Made by a program: the position numbers and the translations under genes. Of a DNA stretch of 64,000 nt, positions 49,425-59,827 are shown piece by piece. The notes under the pieces were generated by a model. That model saw nothing but the letters and a program-made list of their open reading frames with translations. It searched no databases and was not told where the DNA came from. Within the stretch, counting starts at the first letter, position 1, and every line of letters begins with the position of its first letter. Origin of the DNA: a bacterium (GTDB lineage: Bacteria > Zhuqueibacterota > Zhuqueibacteria > Residuimicrobiales > Krinioviventaceae); assembly GCA_963674595.2 (NCBI GenBank), contig CAXXFV010000019.1:14189-78188 (forward strand), given 5' to 3'.

Positions 49425-50471
49425 TTAGTCTTTCAACTTGCCGTGTATGATCAATTCTATTGTTAAATTACTTCGGCAACAAAAGAATATATCTCTTTCA
49501 AAAAGCACCACGTCTTTAATACTTATGCTTAGCTGGGGAAAGGTATAAAGATATTCCATATTCTGCCCGTTATAATGGACAATGCCGTCAGTCATTCTGA
49601 TAAATTGATCATTCTCATGTCTACCATAAATTTTGTTGCCAAAATTCTCAAAATCGATTGTAAATTGTTTTACAAATGAGCCGTTAGTATATCGGCACAC
49701 GTCCTGGCCCATAACAAAATATACTTTTCCTGCAAGAGAATACAGACTTATTCCAGTCATTCGCGGCCCTGTATATATTTTATTTAGCTGCCGGTTTTTT
49801 ATTTCATAAATTTCAAAATCTCCTCTTATGCCATTTTCTGTTGCGCTGGAAAATATATATACTTTGTTTCCTTCTGAACGAACGGTATGGAATTGTGAAG
49901 GAAAATCCGCTTTCACAACTTCTTTCCAGCTCTGTCCGTCATAGTGCAATACAAAACCACGGATTCTTTCGGTTTGTTCATCTTTTAAAACGAATATACC
50001 ACAAGCGTAAATATTATTTTTATTTATTCCCCAGATGTCGTTAATGTCTACTGAATAACTACCTTTAACATCATACTCGGAATGCTGACTCCATTTTGTG
50101 CCATCGTAATGCCATATGACTGCCCCATGAACTAAACAGCCCCCGCCGCCCATCCATACATTATCTGTACGAAAACCGAAAAGCGTGTTTCCCAAGCAAA
50201 GTATTGGCTCCTTATTGTAGGCAGACCAATTTGTGCCGTCAAAATGCCATAATCTGTCTTGGTAAGTACCGCCGGGGCCTACTGTCCAGATATCAGAGGG
50301 CGAAGCGCCCCAGATAGAACTGATATAATTCATTTCCATGTTCAGCGTGTCCACCTCCCACATATAATTACGCGGTCCGGGCTCGGGTTCGGGCAGGGTG
50401 GGTACCCTTTTGCAGAAATTTAAACATGTAACGCCCAATAATATCACCAGCAATAGCATTTTTCTTGTCAT
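49425..50471 (-). CDS. Beta-propeller-like lipoprotein, paralog 2
   Basis: Same architecture; N-terminal ~35 aa nearly identical to paralogs 1 and 3. Confidence 0.8.
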   Translation of the reverse strand: MTRKMLLLVILLGVTCLNFCKRVPTLPEPEPGPRNYMWEVDTLNMEMNYISSIWGASPSDIWTVGPGGTYQDRLWHFDGTNWSAYNKEPILCLGNTLFGFRTDNVWMGGGGCLVHGAVIWHYDGTKWSQHSEYDVKGSYSVDINDIWGINKNNIYACGIFVLKDEQTERIRGFVLHYDGQSWKEVVKADFPSQFHTVRSEGNKVYIFSSATENGIRGDFEIYEIKNRQLNKIYTGPRMTGISLYSLAGKVYFVMGQDVCRYTNGSFVKQFTIDFENFGNKIYGRHENDQFIRMTDGIVHYNGQNMEYLYTFPQLSISIKDVVLFERDIFFCCRSNLTIELIIHGKLKD

Positions 50472-51042
50472 TGTTGTTCCTTAGAGTTGATCGTATATGT
50501 TTTTTCCTACGGCTTTTAAAATGTGTCAATTAAAAATAAAATATTTAGACAGGATAGTATACCCCTGGCCCCAAATAAAATGATGGAAAATTAATTCGCT
50601 AGATCAGCAAACAGCCCCGGATGCAGTAATCCCGCCACATTAGTATTTATGTACTATCAGATCATAAATTTATTTATACTCCCCATAGAGTCGTTAATAT
50701 GATTGTTATTAATTAAATAATATTTACTATTTCAGACAATGTCAAGTATTCTTTATCCGTCATTCTTAAAAAATGTTACTGGAATAAAGAATCGTTTATT
50801 AGAAAGTGAAGATGCTTTCAGCATAACAACACCTTTTGTCGTGCCTGTGCTAACAGGCATCCAGCGGGAAATACGGATTCTGGATGACCGCTTGCGCGGT
50901 AATGACGGGTAAGGTTACTCTTGAAAAAATTTACTGATACAATGAACCGGTTTACAAAATTTAAGATACTTTAGACATGACAACCCCTTTCGTCATGCCT
51001 GTGCAAACAGGCATCCAGGGCGTTGCCTGGCGTTTTTCTCCT

Positions 51043-52092
51043 TTATTCTTTCAACCTGCCGTGAATGACTAATTCTATTGTTGAATTACTTTGACCGCAA
51101 AAGAATACATCTTTATCTAAAATCACTCCATCTATGATATTGATGCTTAGTTTGGGAAAGGTATAAAGGTATTCAATATTCTGCCCGTTATAATGAGCAA
51201 TGCCATCGGTCATTCGGATAAATTGGTCCTTCTCATGTCTTCCATAAAGGTAGTTGCCGAAATTTTCAAAATCGATTGTAAATTGTTTTACAAATGATCC
51301 GTTTGTATACCGGCATACATCGTGGCCCATAACAAAATAGACTTTTCCTGCCAGAGCATATATGCTTACTCCAAAAGATGGCGGTCCAGAATATATTTTA
51401 TTAAGCTGCCGGTTTTTTACTTGATAAATTTCATAATCTCCTTTTTTACCGTTTTCAATTGCGGCAGAAAATACATACACATTGTTCCCTTCTGAACGAA
51501 CGGTATGGAATTGTGAGTTAAAAGTAGCTTTCACAACTTCTTTCCAGCTCTGTCCGTCATAGTGCAATACAAAACCACGAACTTTTTCGGTTTGTTCATC
51601 TTTAAAAACGAATATACCGCAAGCATAGATATTTTTTTTATGTGTTCCCCATATATCGTTTACTTGTGCTGAATAACTGCCTTTAACATCATACACATAA
51701 TGCTGACTCCATTTTGTGCCATTGTAATGCCAAATAGCGGCGTCATTGGATCGACAGTCACCGCCGCCCATCCATACATCATCTGTACGAAAACCGAAAA
51801 GCGTGTTTCCCAAACAAAGTATTGCTTCCTTATTGTAAGCAGACCAATTTGCGCCGTTAAAATGTTGTAATCTGTCTTTGTAAGTACCGGCTGGCCCGAC
51901 TGTCCACACATCAGTTGGCGAAGCGCCCCAAATCGAATAAATGTAATTCATTTCCATGTTCAGCGTGTCCACCTCCCACATATAATTACGCGGTCCGGGC
52001 TCGGGTTCGGGCAGGGTGGGTACCCTTTTGCAGAAATTTAAACATGTAACGCCCAATAATATCACCAGCAATAGCATTTTTCGTGTCATCAT
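51043..52092 (-). CDS. Beta-propeller-like lipoprotein, paralog 3
   Basis: Same architecture; shares blocks with paralog 2 and others with paralog 1. Confidence 0.8.
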   Translation of the reverse strand: MMTRKMLLLVILLGVTCLNFCKRVPTLPEPEPGPRNYMWEVDTLNMEMNYIYSIWGASPTDVWTVGPAGTYKDRLQHFNGANWSAYNKEAILCLGNTLFGFRTDDVWMGGGDCRSNDAAIWHYNGTKWSQHYVYDVKGSYSAQVNDIWGTHKKNIYACGIFVFKDEQTEKVRGFVLHYDGQSWKEVVKATFNSQFHTVRSEGNNVYVFSAAIENGKKGDYEIYQVKNRQLNKIYSGPPSFGVSIYALAGKVYFVMGHDVCRYTNGSFVKQFTIDFENFGNYLYGRHEKDQFIRMTDGIAHYNGQNIEYLYTFPKLSINIIDGVILDKDVFFCGQSNSTIELVIHGRLKE

Positions 52093-52816
52093 TGTTCCTT
52101 AGAGTTGATCGTATATGTTTTTTCCTACGGCTTGTAAAATATGTCAATTAAAAGTAAAATATACAGACAGGATTGTATACCCCTGGCCCCAAATAAAATG
52201 ATGGAAAATTAATTCGCTATATCAGCAAACAGCCCCGGATGCAGTAATCCCGCCACACGAATTTTTGTGAATATTTACTGTTAGATTATAAATTTGGTCA
52301 TCGATACTCCCCATAGAGTAGTTAAATTGACTTATTAATGTTAGTTACTTTTTTCAGCAAAGTCAAGAATTTTTTGAGTGGGCGTTCACTTTATTAATAA
52401 GTTAAAGACTTTTTTTCTGTTTTACTGATGGACTGATTCAGAGTGCATTCTACTTTCAGCATAACAAATACTTTCGTCATGCCTGTGCAAACAGGCATCC
52501 AGCGGGAAATACGGATTCTGGATTACCGCTTGCGCAGTAATGACGGGGAAGGTTACTCTTGAAAAAATTTACTGATACAATGAACCGGTTCATTGAAAAC
52601 AAGATGCTTCGAGCATGACGATTATTATTTTATTCATATAGCCCTCTTTCCGTCATTCCGTAAGAACCTTGCCTGAATAAAGCCCCTTCATATACATGAT
52701 GCGTACCGCAAAAAAACGACATCCCTTAATAAAAACAATCCCTTAAAAAACATGGCATGGTAATTGATTTTTTAACACCAGCAACAATATAGTTTGATAC
52801 CTGAAAGGAATCCGAA

Positions 52817-52963
52817 ATGTTATGGCTTTTAATAACAGCATCTATGTTATTGATTTTATTAGCCGCAATACTCATCACACACGCCGGAGCCGAAGCAGAC
52901 AGACGAATGGAAGAGCTTTTTACCGAGTATTCCGACTCTAATAAAATAAAAAATGTGGCATAA
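52817..52963 (+). CDS. Small single-TM protein, 48 aa
   Basis: AAAGGA SD; MLWLLITASMLLILLAAILITHAGAEADRRMEELFTEYSDSNKIKNVA; below the ORF-track cutoff. Confidence 0.55.
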   Translation: MLWLLITASMLLILLAAILITHAGAEADRRMEELFTEYSDSNKIKNVA

Positions 52964-53177
52964 GAGCAACATTTTTGTAATAATAAGAAAATATTAAAAA
53001 TTTATGTTCAAATCTCCTGAAAAACGTCCTGTGTCTTTAGTGGATTTTATTTTTGAAAAATTCATGAATCATTTTATCCTGCCCCTGATTTGTCTCGCCA
53101 TTTTAATGATCATCCTCATTGATATTTTTCAATAAAATTTAATTTCGAGGAATAACCTATACCTTGTCTATGTTTAC

Positions 53178-53214
53178 ATTCTAAAACAAGACCATTTTAG
53201 TCCTATTTTAGAAT
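53178..53214. promoter_or_regulatory. Rrf2/IscR-type operator palindrome
   Basis: ATTCTAAAACAAGAC-catttta-GTCCTATTTTAGAAT abutting the Rrf2 ATG; GAC-N7-GTC core like IscR type 1 sites. Confidence 0.6.
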
Positions 53215-53652
53215 ATGTTTAAACTATCAAAAAAAACAGAATACGGTTTGCTGGCGTTACAGCACATACAATCACAACAGTTTGACAAGATTGTAACCGT
53301 TAAAGAAATTGCTGAAAAAAACCAAATTCCACAGCCGCTGCTGGCTAAAATATTACAACAGTTGGCAAAGAAACAAATTATAAAATCAATTCAAGGCGTT
53401 AAAGGCGGCTATGTTCTTGGCGCCAAAGCTGAAAAAATTTCTTTAGCCCATGTCCTTGAAGCGATTGAAGGTCCGATTCATATAACGGATTGTTATGATA
53501 CGGCAATATGCTGTAGTCGTCACTCTTTCTGTACATTAAAAGATAAATTAAATCCAATACAGCAGCAGCTTGTTCAATATTTAAGTAAAATAACACTTTT
53601 AGATTTTCAAAAAAGCCAAAAACAGAATTCAGGAGAATTGCTGAATGAGTAA
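53215..53652 (+). CDS. Rrf2 family (IscR-like) Fe-S regulator
   Basis: [24 protein letters not shown]-terminal Cys cluster. Confidence 0.92.
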   Translation: MFKLSKKTEYGLLALQHIQSQQFDKIVTVKEIAEKNQIPQPLLAKILQQLAKKQIIKSIQGVKGGYVLGAKAEKISLAHVLEAIEGPIHITDCYDTAICCSRHSFCTLKDKLNPIQQQLVQYLSKITLLDFQKSQKQNSGELLNE

Positions 53653-55093
53653 TAAAATAGACCCCATTCAAGAGTTTACAACGAGTGAATATAAATATGG
53701 ATTCACATCAGATATTGAAAACGAGTCCGTACCCCACGGACTAAACGAGGATATCATTCGCATGATTTCGGCGAAAAAAAAGGAACCGGAATTTATGCTC
53801 AACTGGCGGTTAAATGCTTATCGTCACTGGTTAAAACTAAAAGAACCAACCTGGGCAAATATAAAATACGATCCGATTAATTATCAGGATATTGTTTATT
53901 ACTCTGCCCCAAAAAATTCCAAGGATGGCCCCAAAAGTTTGAATGATATCGATCCGGCCATCCGGGAAATGTATAATAAACTTGGAATTCCTCTTGAAGA
54001 GCAGGAAATTTTGGCAGGTGTTGCGGTTGATGCTGTACTGGACAGTGTATCTGTCGCCACAACGTTTAAGGAAAAACTATCCAGTCTGGGTATAATTTTC
54101 TGCTCTTTTTCTGAAGCCGTACAAAACCATCCGGATTTGGTGCAAAAATATTTAGGCAGTGTGGTGCCCTACACAGACAACTTTTTTGCCGCTTTAAATG
54201 CGGCAGTGTTTAGCGATGGTTCATTTGTTTATATCCCCAAAGGGGTAAAATGCCCTATGGAGTTATCAACCTATTTTCGCATCAACGCAGCCAAAACCGG
54301 CCAATTTGAAAGAACGCTTATCATTGCTCAAGAAGACAGCTATGTCAGTTATCTTGAAGGCTGCACAGCGCCGATGCGGGACGAAAACCAATTGCACGCG
54401 GCTGTGGTTGAACTCGTTGCTTTGGATAATGCACAGATTAAATACGCAACCGTTCAAAACTGGTATCCCGGTGATGAAAACGGCAAAGGCGGTATTTATA
54501 ATTTTGTCACCAAACGAGGCTTGTGTAAAGGCGTTAATTCAAAAATATCATGGACACAGGTTGAAACCGGCTCGGCCATTACCTGGAAGTATCCCGGTTG
54601 TGTTTTGCAGGGAGACAACTCGACCGGTGAATTTTACTCTGTTGCGCTAACCAACAATTACCAGCAAGCCGATACTGGTACAAAAATGGTGCATATCGGT
54701 AAAAACACAAAAAGCATCATTGTTTCAAAAGGTATATCAGCCGGGCATGGACAAAACAGTTACCGTGGACAGGTTAAAATCAGCAAAAACGCCACAGGCG
54801 CCAGAAATTTTTCACAGTGCGATTCCATGTTGATCGGTGATAAATGCGGTGCGCATACATTTCCCTATATTGAAGTGAAAAACAGTACGGCCCAGGTTGA
54901 GCACGAAGCAACGACATCTAAAATAGGTGAAGATCAAATATTTTATTGTAATCAAAGAGGTGTTTCCACGGAAGATGCGGTTTCAATGATCGTTAACGGA
55001 TTCTGTAAAGAAGTCATTGCCGAACTGCCCATGGAATTTGCTGTGGAAGCACAAAAGCTGTTAGGCATCAGCCTTGAAGGAAGTGTCGGATAA
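53645..55093 (+). CDS. sufB: Fe-S cluster assembly protein SufB
   Basis: [46 protein letters not shown]. Confidence 0.97.
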   Translation: MSNKIDPIQEFTTSEYKYGFTSDIENESVPHGLNEDIIRMISAKKKEPEFMLNWRLNAYRHWLKLKEPTWANIKYDPINYQDIVYYSAPKNSKDGPKSLNDIDPAIREMYNKLGIPLEEQEILAGVAVDAVLDSVSVATTFKEKLSSLGIIFCSFSEAVQNHPDLVQKYLGSVVPYTDNFFAALNAAVFSDGSFVYIPKGVKCPMELSTYFRINAAKTGQFERTLIIAQEDSYVSYLEGCTAPMRDENQLHAAVVELVALDNAQIKYATVQNWYPGDENGKGGIYNFVTKRGLCKGVNSKISWTQVETGSAITWKYPGCVLQGDNSTGEFYSVALTNNYQQADTGTKMVHIGKNTKSIIVSKGISAGHGQNSYRGQVKISKNATGARNFSQCDSMLIGDKCGAHTFPYIEVKNSTAQVEHEATTSKIGEDQIFYCNQRGVSTEDAVSMIVNGFCKEVIAELPMEFAVEAQKLLGISLEGSVG

Positions 55094-55116
55094 TTATTTT
55101 TTGGAGATTATATATT

Positions 55117-55890
55117 ATGTTAACTGTAAAAAATTTACATGCCTCTGTTGAGGGCAAAGAAATATTAAAAGGTATTGATTTAACTGTGAATAAAGGTGAA
55201 ATTCATGCGATTATGGGGCCAAACGGTTCCGGCAAAAGCACGTTAGCCCAGGTTTTATCAGGACGCGAAGAATATGAGGTAACCGATGGCACGGTAACCT
55301 ATAATGATAAAGATTTGCTGGAATTGTCACCTGAAGACAGGGCCCGTGAAGGGTTATTTTTGGCTTTTCAATATCCCGTTGAAATTCCGGGTGTCAACAC
55401 GACCTATTTTTTACGAACGGCCCTGAATGCTGTTCGGGAATATCATGAACAGGAAAAGGTCAGCGCCGGCGAGTTTTTAAAATTAATACGTGAAAAATTA
55501 AAGCTGGTTGAAATGGATGAAAGTTTTTTAAAACGGTCCGTTAACGAAGGATTTTCCGGTGGTGAAAAAAAACGAAACGAAATCCTGCAAATGGCTGTTT
55601 TGGAACCGAAATTGGCCATTCTTGATGAAACAGATTCCGGTTTGGATATTGATGCCCTGAAAATCGTAGCTGACGGTGTTAATAAATTACGCAACAAGGA
55701 CAATGCTATTATCCTTGTTACCCATTACCAGCGATTACTGGACTATATTGTACCGGATTATGTCCATGTTTTATATAACGGAAAAATCGTCAAGTCAGGC
55801 GGCAAGGAATTGGCCCTTGATCTGGAAAACCAGGGTTACGATTGGTTAAAAAATAAAACTCCCCAAAAACCAGAGCTGGTTGATGCTTAG
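55117..55890 (+). CDS. sufC: Fe-S cluster assembly ATPase SufC
   Basis: [43 protein letters not shown]. Confidence 0.97.
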   Translation: MLTVKNLHASVEGKEILKGIDLTVNKGEIHAIMGPNGSGKSTLAQVLSGREEYEVTDGTVTYNDKDLLELSPEDRAREGLFLAFQYPVEIPGVNTTYFLRTALNAVREYHEQEKVSAGEFLKLIREKLKLVEMDESFLKRSVNEGFSGGEKKRNEILQMAVLEPKLAILDETDSGLDIDALKIVADGVNKLRNKDNAIILVTHYQRLLDYIVPDYVHVLYNGKIVKSGGKELALDLENQGYDWLKNKTPQKPELVDA

Positions 55891-55903
55891 GAGAGAAAGA
55901 CAA

Positions 55904-57238
55904 ATGAATAATTCTATAAATGACATAAAACAATATCAGGAAAATTTTGAAATGCTGGAAAAGCAGCTCAACGGTGGAACAAAAACAACACTCCACAAAG
56001 TCCGCAAACAGGCTTTTTCCGATTTTCAGAAACTTGGTTTTCCCGATAAAAGACAGGAAGAATGGCGATTTACCGATATTTCGCCTGTTATAAATAAACA
56101 ATTTATTTCATTGCAAGGTGAAACTGAAACAAAAATCACTAACAATGATATAGCACCCTATCTGTTTAAAGATGCTGAAAATTATCAAATCGTTTTTGTG
56201 GACGGACGGTTTTCACCGGAGCTTTCACATTTAGATGGATTGAAAAATATACAGCTTGAAAGTTTGTATACGGCATCAAAAAATAAAAACAATCTTGTCG
56301 AACAGGAATTGGCAAAACATGCTTCCTTTGATAAAAATTCATTTTCAGCCTTAAATACGGCCTTTCTGCTGGATGGCACATTTTTATATGTACCGCCAAA
56401 TACAATCGTCGAAAAAACCGTCCATATTTTATATATTTCACAAATGCATTCGCGGGAAATTGTTTCACATCCGAGAAATTTATTTATTATTGATGAAAAC
56501 AGCCAGGTTAATATTGTAGAAAGTTATATTGGATTGGGTCAAAATCTCTACTTTACAAATCCGGTTTCAGAGATTATATTAAAAGATAATGCTGTTGTTG
56601 ATCATTACAAAATCCAACAGGAGACAACATCCGCCTATCATATTGCTATTCAGGCGGTCCATCAGCAGCGAAACAGTCATTTTTCTTCTCATTCATTCTC
56701 TTTTGGCGGATCGATTGTTCGAAATGAGATTACAGCCGTGTTGGATGGAGAAGGCAGTGAAAGTATTTTAAACGGTCTTTATCTGGCGAATGAAGATCAA
56801 ATTACAGACACTCACACAGTGATTGATCATGCCGCACCGCACTGTAACAGCCATGAATTGTATAAAGGTATTTTGGATGACACTGCACGTGCCGTATTTA
56901 GCGGCAAAATACACGTCCGCAAACCGGCACAAAAAACAGATGCAATTCAATCAAATCAAAATTTGTTATTATCAGACCAGGCTGTTGTTGACACCAAACC
57001 TCAACTGGAAATTTTTGCTGATGACGTCCGGTGTACACATGGCGGCACTGTCGGTCAACTCGACAAAAACGGACTTGATTATCTAAGATCTCGAGGCATA
57101 GAAAAGGACCAGGCAAAAAACATGATGATCCATGCCTTTGCTGAAGAGATTGTTCAAAAGATAAAATCGCAGCCCGTTCAAAATTATGTTATCGATTTGC
57201 TGCATAAAAAACTTGAGGACGGACATATTGTCACCTGA
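55904..57238 (+). CDS. sufD: Fe-S cluster assembly protein SufD
   Basis: EEWRFTD, KPQLEIFADDVRCTHG, YLRSRGI. Confidence 0.95.
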   Translation: MNNSINDIKQYQENFEMLEKQLNGGTKTTLHKVRKQAFSDFQKLGFPDKRQEEWRFTDISPVINKQFISLQGETETKITNNDIAPYLFKDAENYQIVFVDGRFSPELSHLDGLKNIQLESLYTASKNKNNLVEQELAKHASFDKNSFSALNTAFLLDGTFLYVPPNTIVEKTVHILYISQMHSREIVSHPRNLFIIDENSQVNIVESYIGLGQNLYFTNPVSEIILKDNAVVDHYKIQQETTSAYHIAIQAVHQQRNSHFSSHSFSFGGSIVRNEITAVLDGEGSESILNGLYLANEDQITDTHTVIDHAAPHCNSHELYKGILDDTARAVFSGKIHVRKPAQKTDAIQSNQNLLLSDQAVVDTKPQLEIFADDVRCTHGGTVGQLDKNGLDYLRSRGIEKDQAKNMMIHAFAEEIVQKIKSQPVQNYVIDLLHKKLEDGHIVT

Positions 57239-57248
57239 CAGGAGAAAA

Positions 57249-57572
57249 GTGCTTAAAGAAGATGAAATGCAGGCTGTTTTGGATGAAATCGTAGATGTAT
57301 TAAAAACATGTTACGATCCAGAAATTCCGGTTAATATCTATGACCTGGGTTTGATTTATGAGATAGATATTGATGAAGAGGCAACCGCACATATTCAAAT
57401 GACGCTTACCTCTCCGGCTTGCCCTGTTGCAGAATTGTTACCGGCAGAAGTAAAAGCCCGGGTTGAAAGGTTGGAACAAATTAACCAGGCTAAAGTTGAA
57501 GTGGTTTGGGACCCTCCCTGGAGCCATGACCTTATGTCTGAAGAAGCCAAACTTGAGCTTGGTATGATCTAA
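57249..57572 (+). CDS. sufT: DUF59 (SufT-like) Fe-S assembly protein
   Basis: DPEIPVNIYDLGLIY, TLTSPACP, WDPPW; GTG after AGGAG. Confidence 0.85.
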   Translation: MLKEDEMQAVLDEIVDVLKTCYDPEIPVNIYDLGLIYEIDIDEEATAHIQMTLTSPACPVAELLPAEVKARVERLEQINQAKVEVVWDPPWSHDLMSEEAKLELGMI

Positions 57573-57590
57573 TAAAAGAGGAACTTGATA

Positions 57591-57908
57591 ATGAGCCAAT
57601 TTACACCTGTGTTTTTACTTATCAACCTGCCTCCGGACACATTACGGAGAGTGGAAATAAAAAACCTTAAAATAGTCGTTGCCCGAACGGATGACGGAAT
57701 TTATGCTTTGGAAGACAGATGTTCACACGAAGACTATAACCTCTCCGACGGGTGGATTGAAGAAAAAACCCTTTGTTGTCCGATGCACGGCGCCAAATTT
57801 AATTTAAAAACAGGACAACCTGAAACACCACCGGCACATGAACCGATTAAAACCTTTCCGGTCCAGGTTAAAAACGGTGTTGTAGAAATTGATATTGAGC
57901 AGGAATAA
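57591..57908 (+). CDS. Rieske [2Fe-2S] ferredoxin
   Basis: CSH...CPMHG motifs. Confidence 0.9.
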   Translation: MSQFTPVFLLINLPPDTLRRVEIKNLKIVVARTDDGIYALEDRCSHEDYNLSDGWIEEKTLCCPMHGAKFNLKTGQPETPPAHEPIKTFPVQVKNGVVEIDIEQE

Positions 57909-57910
57909 TC

Positions 57911-59170
57911 ATGAGTGTTGTAAAAGCTGATTTCAAAAAAACAAAACCTGTCGGTTTTTCCGGCATAAGGTCCTATTTCCCGATCTTTGAATATCCGGAA
58001 AATCGTGATCTGGTTTATTTAGACAGCGCAGCGACCAGCCAGCAGCCGCAGCAGGTTTTGGATGCCGTTTCGGCATTTTCCATGCAATTTCATGCTAATA
58101 CGCATCGGGGGGCTTATCGGATTGCGGAAAAAGCGACGGCTTCCTATGAAGCTGCCCGTAAAAAAGTCAAAAATTTTATAAATGCCCGTTCATCACGGGA
58201 AATTATTTTCGTAAGCGGGGCGACTGAAGCTGTTAACTTTACGGCTTATGGCTGGGGCCTGAAAAATATAAAACCGGGTGATGAAATTATCGTCAGTGAA
58301 ATGGAGCACCACAGCAATCTCATTCCCTGGCAAATGGCGGCACAAAAAACAGGCGCTGATTTAAAATTTCTCCAATTTGACGAAAACGGTTACCTGGACC
58401 AGGACCAATATTTATCACTGTTGTCAGAAAAAACAAAACTGGTTGCCGTTACCCATGTTTCAAATGTTTTAGGGACCCATAATCCTGTAAAAGAGATGAT
58501 CCAAAAAGCCCATGAGGCCGGTGCCGTTGTAATTGTTGACGGATCACAGGCGGTTCCGCATTTAAAAACAGATGTTCAGGAAATTGATGCTGATTTTTAT
58601 GTGTTCTCGGGACATAAAATGCTGGGACCCACCGGTATCGGCGTTTTATATGGCAAAGAATCTCTGTTGGAAAATATGGACCCTGTTTTTTTTGGCGGTT
58701 CCATGATTAGTGATGTGGATTATTATCAGTCCACATGGAATGAACTACCCTGGAAATTGGAAGCCGGCACACAAAATATTTCCGGAGCTATTGGTTTGGG
58801 AGCGGCTATCGACTTTATGGAAAAAACAGGGATGGAGAACATAAAAGAGCACGACTTGAATCTCACCCGGTTTGCACTGGAAAATATGTCCGGGATCGAA
58901 GGACTAAAAATATATGGACCGCTCACAGATCGTGGCCCGGCCATTTCTTTTGAACTGGAAGGTATTCACGCCCACGATTTGGCGACCTTTTTGGATTCAA
59001 AAAACATAGCCATTCGCGCTGGTCATCATTGCGCAAAACTAGCCATGAAACGGCTGGGAGTCCAGTCCACGGCACGGGCCAGTTTTTATCTGTATAATAC
59101 GCAAGAAGAAATAGAACGATTCATTAAGGAACTCAAAGCAGCGAAAAGGTATTTTTCAAAATGGAACTAG
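57911..59170 (+). CDS. sufS: Cysteine desulfurase SufS
   Basis: YLDSAATS, MEHHSN, SGHKM, EAGT, RAGHHCA. Confidence 0.95.
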   Translation: MSVVKADFKKTKPVGFSGIRSYFPIFEYPENRDLVYLDSAATSQQPQQVLDAVSAFSMQFHANTHRGAYRIAEKATASYEAARKKVKNFINARSSREIIFVSGATEAVNFTAYGWGLKNIKPGDEIIVSEMEHHSNLIPWQMAAQKTGADLKFLQFDENGYLDQDQYLSLLSEKTKLVAVTHVSNVLGTHNPVKEMIQKAHEAGAVVIVDGSQAVPHLKTDVQEIDADFYVFSGHKMLGPTGIGVLYGKESLLENMDPVFFGGSMISDVDYYQSTWNELPWKLEAGTQNISGAIGLGAAIDFMEKTGMENIKEHDLNLTRFALENMSGIEGLKIYGPLTDRGPAISFELEGIHAHDLATFLDSKNIAIRAGHHCAKLAMKRLGVQSTARASFYLYNTQEEIERFIKELKAAKRYFSKWN

Positions 59171-59601
59171 ATGAATTATATCAGGATATTATTCTGGATC
59201 ACTATAAACATCCACAGAACTTTGGTGTACTTGCAAATGCGGATTGCTCTTTGGAAGGGAAAAATCCTTTTTGCGGAGATGAAATAACTGTCTATCTGAC
59301 AGTAAAAGACAATCGTATAGAATCTGTCATGTTTCAGGGAAACGGATGTGCCATTAGTCAGGCTTCCGCATCAATCATGACCGGCGCTTTAAAAGGAAAA
59401 ACAATAGAACAGGCACAAATAATTATAGCAAAATTTGCCGAAATGGTAAAAGAAGAAGGCGAAAACTTTGATGATTCATTGGAAGAGTTGAACGCATTAC
59501 AAGGCGTTTCAGGATTCCCGACACGAATAAAATGCGCGCTCCTGGCCTGGAACACATTCAAAAAAGCATTGGAACAATATAATAATAAAGAAACGAGTTA
59601 A
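59161..59601 (+). CDS. sufU: SufU sulfur-transfer/scaffold protein
   Basis: LYQDIILDHY, NPFCGD, GCAISQASAS, RIKCALL. Confidence 0.93.
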   Translation: MELDELYQDIILDHYKHPQNFGVLANADCSLEGKNPFCGDEITVYLTVKDNRIESVMFQGNGCAISQASASIMTGALKGKTIEQAQIIIAKFAEMVKEEGENFDDSLEELNALQGVSGFPTRIKCALLAWNTFKKALEQYNNKETS

Positions 59602-59603
59602 AA

Positions 59604-59798
59604 ATGAAAGTAAAAACATTTACATCCGAACTAACTATTTTCAAAACCGTGGGCCAGTTGGAAGAACTGGACAATAAAGTCAACCGTTTCATAGCAGAAA
59701 ACAATATCGATACAATCTATTCGGTGAGCGATACCACCACATCAGATGATAAAGGAACAACAATCGGTATCATACGTGTTTTGAGTTACAACTCGTAA
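59604..59798 (+). CDS. Small hypothetical protein
   Basis: 64 aa, starts 2 nt after the sufU stop and ends before the terminator. Confidence 0.6.
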   Translation: MKVKTFTSELTIFKTVGQLEELDNKVNRFIAENNIDTIYSVSDTTTSDDKGTTIGIIRVLSYNS

Positions 59799-59827
59799 AA
59801 AAAAAGCCCGATAATTATCGGGCTTTT
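59799..59827. terminator. Bidirectional terminator
   Basis: AAAAGCCCGATA-at-TATCGGGCTTTT between convergent genes. Confidence 0.75.

Larger units (their letters stand above)
47677..52620. repeat. Three ~1617-bp tandem units (promoter, leader, lipoprotein gene, REP-like mosaic)
   Basis: Equivalent ATGs at 48854, 50471 and 52089 (periods 1617 and 1618); spacers 48858-49424 and 50475-51042 nearly identical. Confidence 0.92.

Noticed and set aside
47808-52092. Diversity-generating retroelement
   Set aside because: No reverse transcriptase in the window; differences include indels and non-adenine positions along the whole gene rather than a TR/VR pair.
47677-52700. CRISPR array
   Set aside because: Repeats are separated by conserved rather than unique sequence at irregular or kilobase spacing, and there are no cas genes.
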